A DNA stretch of 20,000 nt, taken from the IMG/VR virus record IMGVR_UViG_3300025112_005926. One strand, 5' to 3'. The stretch comes from an uncultured virus (IMG/VR IMGVR_UViG_3300025112_005926). Lineage: Duplodnaviria > Heunggongvirae > Uroviricota > Caudoviricetes. Shown piece after piece: positions 17,945-20,000 of this stretch. Each line of letters starts with the position of its first letter. The stretch's first letter is position 1. The notes under the pieces were generated by a model. That model ran no database searches and was not told the DNA's origin. It saw nothing but the letters and a program-made list of their open reading frames with translations. Made by a program: the position numbers and the translations under genes.

Positions 17945-19069
17945 ATGAAAGACATGAAATTGATAATGGAGAGTTGGAGACACTACAGCGCCCCACCACC
18001 AAAAATTCCGATGATGCTTTTTGAAAATGGGAAGGTAGATTTTTTCTACCTCGACGAGAGGCTTAGTCTCCTGCGAGAAAACAATAGAGACTCGGAGATA
18101 GAAATACTTTTTGAGAAGTGGCTGGATCAATCAGAAACAATCTTAGAAATAGGCATGCCAAAATTTATTAAAGACTTTGTTTCAGACGAAAGCTCTGGCC
18201 AAGAGATCAAGCCAGAGTTCCTCGAAATGATTAAGGATCTTATAGAGAACCCTTACCTCACTTTGAGTATACAATTATGGGGATTCTTACAAAAGATAAA
18301 AAATGTTAGTATTCCGATATTGGCAAAAGCAGCCAAAGTGCTTGGTAAGATCAATGACGCTCGAAAATCTTTCGAAAAGAAAAATCCGTTATTGTATAAG
18401 GTTCTCTCCCTGACAGCCAAGGTGGCTGTTGTCTTTATTGTGGTGTATGCCGTCCAACAGTTGACAGGATCCGGCACGGCCCAAGCTGCGATCAAAATGG
18501 GAGATACAGTTTACGATGCTGACAGTTCGACGATGCAAGCTATAATAGGAGAGATCGCGAAGACGGATCCCGTTCTAGCGAAAGGAGTGGCTAAGTTGGC
18601 ACAATCCCCAGAGACTGTTGATATCTCGCAGTTAACTCCCGCCATCCGAGATCTTATCCAAGACGCCCACTCATCAGTTGGATCATTGATTAAAGACATT
18701 GCACGATTCGAGGGCTATCCTGACCTCGCAAACATCCGTGATGCAGATATTTCTAAACTCCAACAATTTGGCGAGACAGGAAAAGAAATTTTAAATAGCG
18801 TTTCAAAAACAGCGGAATCTCTGGGAGATACCGCCACTACCACTGCCACTCAAGTGCAGGGGGGAAATGTTCCGATGCAAGCAAAGAACCTCCTAATGTC
18901 GTTAATGAAATCTAGTAGCTCTGAGGAGACGGCACAAATAGTGGATAGTCTAAAGGACTTAAATGTTCTTTCTCCTGAAGATCTTCAAAGAGCCCTCGAA
19001 GCAGGAAATGCGAATGATGGCAGAACTCTTGTAGATCTCATAAAAACTGTGCGCCAAAGCGCACCTTGA
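17945..19069 (+). CDS. Hypothetical alpha-helical protein, 374 aa, with one hydrophobic segment; candidate head-packaged/ejected or membrane protein
   Basis: SD AAGGA upstream. The N-terminal ~100 aa are Glu-rich (MKDMKLIMESWRHY...), followed by a Lys-rich amphipathic stretch and the hydrophobic VLSLTAKVAVVFIVVYAV (from 18401), then GSGTAQA. Its composition differs from the upstream beta-rich proteins. Confidence 0.65.
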   Translation: MKDMKLIMESWRHYSAPPPKIPMMLFENGKVDFFYLDERLSLLRENNRDSEIEILFEKWLDQSETILEIGMPKFIKDFVSDESSGQEIKPEFLEMIKDLIENPYLTLSIQLWGFLQKIKNVSIPILAKAAKVLGKINDARKSFEKKNPLLYKVLSLTAKVAVVFIVVYAVQQLTGSGTAQAAIKMGDTVYDADSSTMQAIIGEIAKTDPVLAKGVAKLAQSPETVDISQLTPAIRDLIQDAHSSVGSLIKDIARFEGYPDLANIRDADISKLQQFGETGKEILNSVSKTAESLGDTATTTATQVQGGNVPMQAKNLLMSLMKSSSSEETAQIVDSLKDLNVLSPEDLQRALEAGNANDGRTLVDLIKTVRQSAP

Positions 19070-19094
19070 CAACTAAACTTAATCGTGTTATAGT
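19066..19094 (+). promoter_or_regulatory. Near-consensus sigma70 promoter for ruvC (probably leaderless transcript)
   Basis: TTGACA at 19066-19071, a 17-bp spacer, extended TG at 19086-19087 and TATAGT at 19089-19094. The ATG begins at 19100. Confidence 0.75.
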
Positions 19095-19099
19095 ATAGT

Positions 19100-19657
19100 A
19101 TGATCCTCGGCTTAGACATTTCCACAAGCATAACTGGCGTAACAGTAATTAACAACGAAGGCGAGATCCTTCTCTGCGAAGCGATAGACACGAGAAATAA
19201 AAATCATTTCCCAACTCTATTCCACAAAGCACAGAAAGTAGATGACTATCTCCTCGACATCGAATACAAGTATGACATCAAGCACATCTACATCGAGAAA
19301 AGCTTGCAGACATTCCGCTCTGGCTTCTCATCAGCAAAGACACTCTCAACCCTCGCATCCTTTAACGGAATAGTGAGTTGGATCTGTTGGGGAATCTGGG
19401 GAATGGAGCCGAAATATATTTCAGCAACTTCCGCAAGAAAGTCTTGTGGTATCAAAGTTCCCAGAGGCACCAAAGCAAAACAAGTTGTTATGCAGTTTTT
19501 ACTTGACAACGAGCCAGAGTTTGTTATATTATATACTAAGCATGGTAATCCGAAACCTCACGAATTTGATAGGGCGGATTCACTTGTTATTGCTAGGGCG
19601 GGGGCCATAAATGAAAGCAGAGAAGCTAAAAATAGTTCGGAGCGCACTGGGGCGTAG
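19100..19657 (+). CDS. ruvC: RuvC-like Holliday junction resolvase (RNase H fold), 185 aa
   Basis: MILGLDISTSITGVTVI (D6), HIYIEK (E66) and DRADSLVIA (D157/D160) match the RuvC acidic tetrad pattern (E. coli D7, E66, D138, D141). Confidence 0.88.
   Translation: MILGLDISTSITGVTVINNEGEILLCEAIDTRNKNHFPTLFHKAQKVDDYLLDIEYKYDIKHIYIEKSLQTFRSGFSSAKTLSTLASFNGIVSWICWGIWGMEPKYISATSARKSCGIKVPRGTKAKQVVMQFLLDNEPEFVILYTKHGNPKPHEFDRADSLVIARAGAINESREAKNSSERTGA
19503..19530 (+). promoter_or_regulatory. Putative sigma70 promoter inside ruvC, upstream of the primase gene
   Basis: TTGACA at 19503-19508, a 16-bp spacer, TG at 19522-19523 and TATATT at 19525-19530. It closely resembles the promoter at 19066. Confidence 0.55.
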
Positions 19658-20000
19658 CTACAAGTCAGGATCCGAACACTTATTCCATTGTCCGTTCTGT
19701 AGCCACGACAAGCTCAAATTGAGCGTCAATATTGACAAAAACTACTGGAAATGCTGGATTTGCGACAAAAGTGGACGCAATATCGGCTTTCTGGTGCGCA
19801 GGTTTGGCTCTCAGGATGACAAATTAGCGTGGTCAAAGTACGAAAATCGGGTTGAAACGAGTGGTTTTGACATGCTTTTCGCCGAAAAAGAGGAAGAAAT
19901 TGCCCCAAAAGTTGATCTTCCCAAGTCATTTTGCTCCCTCACAAGCAAAAAACGGGACACTGCGGCACTAAATGCCCGACAATACCTGCGAGAAAGGGGC
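19611..20000 (+). CDS. DNA primase, N-terminal zinc-binding domain (3'-truncated; not in the supplied ORF track)
   Basis: My translation from ATG 19611 is open to the window end: MKAEKLKIVRSALGRSYKSGSEHLFHCPFCSHDKLKLSVNIDKNYWKCWICDKSGRNIGFLVRRFG...ARQYLRERG. The CPFC...CWIC zinc ribbon followed by the 'YLxxRG' motif is typical of DnaG-family/phage primases. It overlaps the ruvC 3' end by 47 nt. Confidence 0.85.
   Translation, partial: MKAEKLKIVRSALGRSYKSGSEHLFHCPFCSHDKLKLSVNIDKNYWKCWICDKSGRNIGFLVRRFGSQDDKLAWSKYENRVETSGFDMLFAEKEEEIAPKVDLPKSFCSLTSKKRDTAALNARQYLRERG

Larger units (their letters stand above)
1..20000 (+). other. Segment of a large tailed bacteriophage genome: virion structural module followed by a recombination/replication module
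   Basis: Seen: near-complete coding density on one strand, overlapping stop/start codons, Shine-Dalgarno sites (GAGGT 14661-14665, AGGAGGT before 16708), sigma70-like promoters and very large Ser/Thr/Gly-rich proteins. A RuvC-like gene sits next to a Cys4 primase, and no cellular housekeeping genes are present. Phage origin is inferred. Confidence 0.85.

Noticed and set aside
19100..19657. RuvC domain as a TnpB/Cas12-like nuclease or transposase
   Set aside because: It is only 185 aa with a contiguous RuvC fold and no zinc finger or REC/WED region. There is no adjacent array, ncRNA-sized gap or terminal repeats.
1..20000. CRISPR array, tRNA genes, DGR template/variable repeats, introns/inteins, intrinsic terminators
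   Set aside because: The largest intergenic gap is 54 nt. By eye I saw no nucleotide-level direct repeats, RT, LAGLIDADG/HNH or intein motifs, or hairpin-plus-U tracts. A weak repeat could have been missed without a dot-plot.

Overview
All credible genes lie on the + strand, densely packed and in the standard genetic code. The window looks like part of a large tailed-phage genome. Bases 1-17907 hold a block of seven putative virion (tail/baseplate-type) genes: a 5'-truncated protein of more than 2350 aa, then proteins of 349, ~1363, 807, 304, 364 and 399 aa. The first four are translationally coupled. A 374-aa helical membrane-type orphan follows, then a RuvC-like Holliday junction resolvase and the 5' end of a Cys4 zinc-ribbon DNA primase that is missing from the ORF track. 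Main observations: (i) hidden paralogy among the structural genes, including what looks like a tail-fibre attachment domain split across separate genes; (ii) a recurring hydrophobic-[ST]-[GAS]-S motif in the virion proteins; (iii) the orphan has a prohead-protease-like leader and an internal signal-peptide-like segment; (iv) three related sigma70-type promoters, one giving a leaderless ruvC mRNA and one inside ruvC; (v) a sharp switch in third-codon-position composition within ruvC. I saw no tRNA, CRISPR array, IS element, reverse transcriptase or stop-codon recoding. Product calls for the structural genes come from motifs read by eye, not from database searches.
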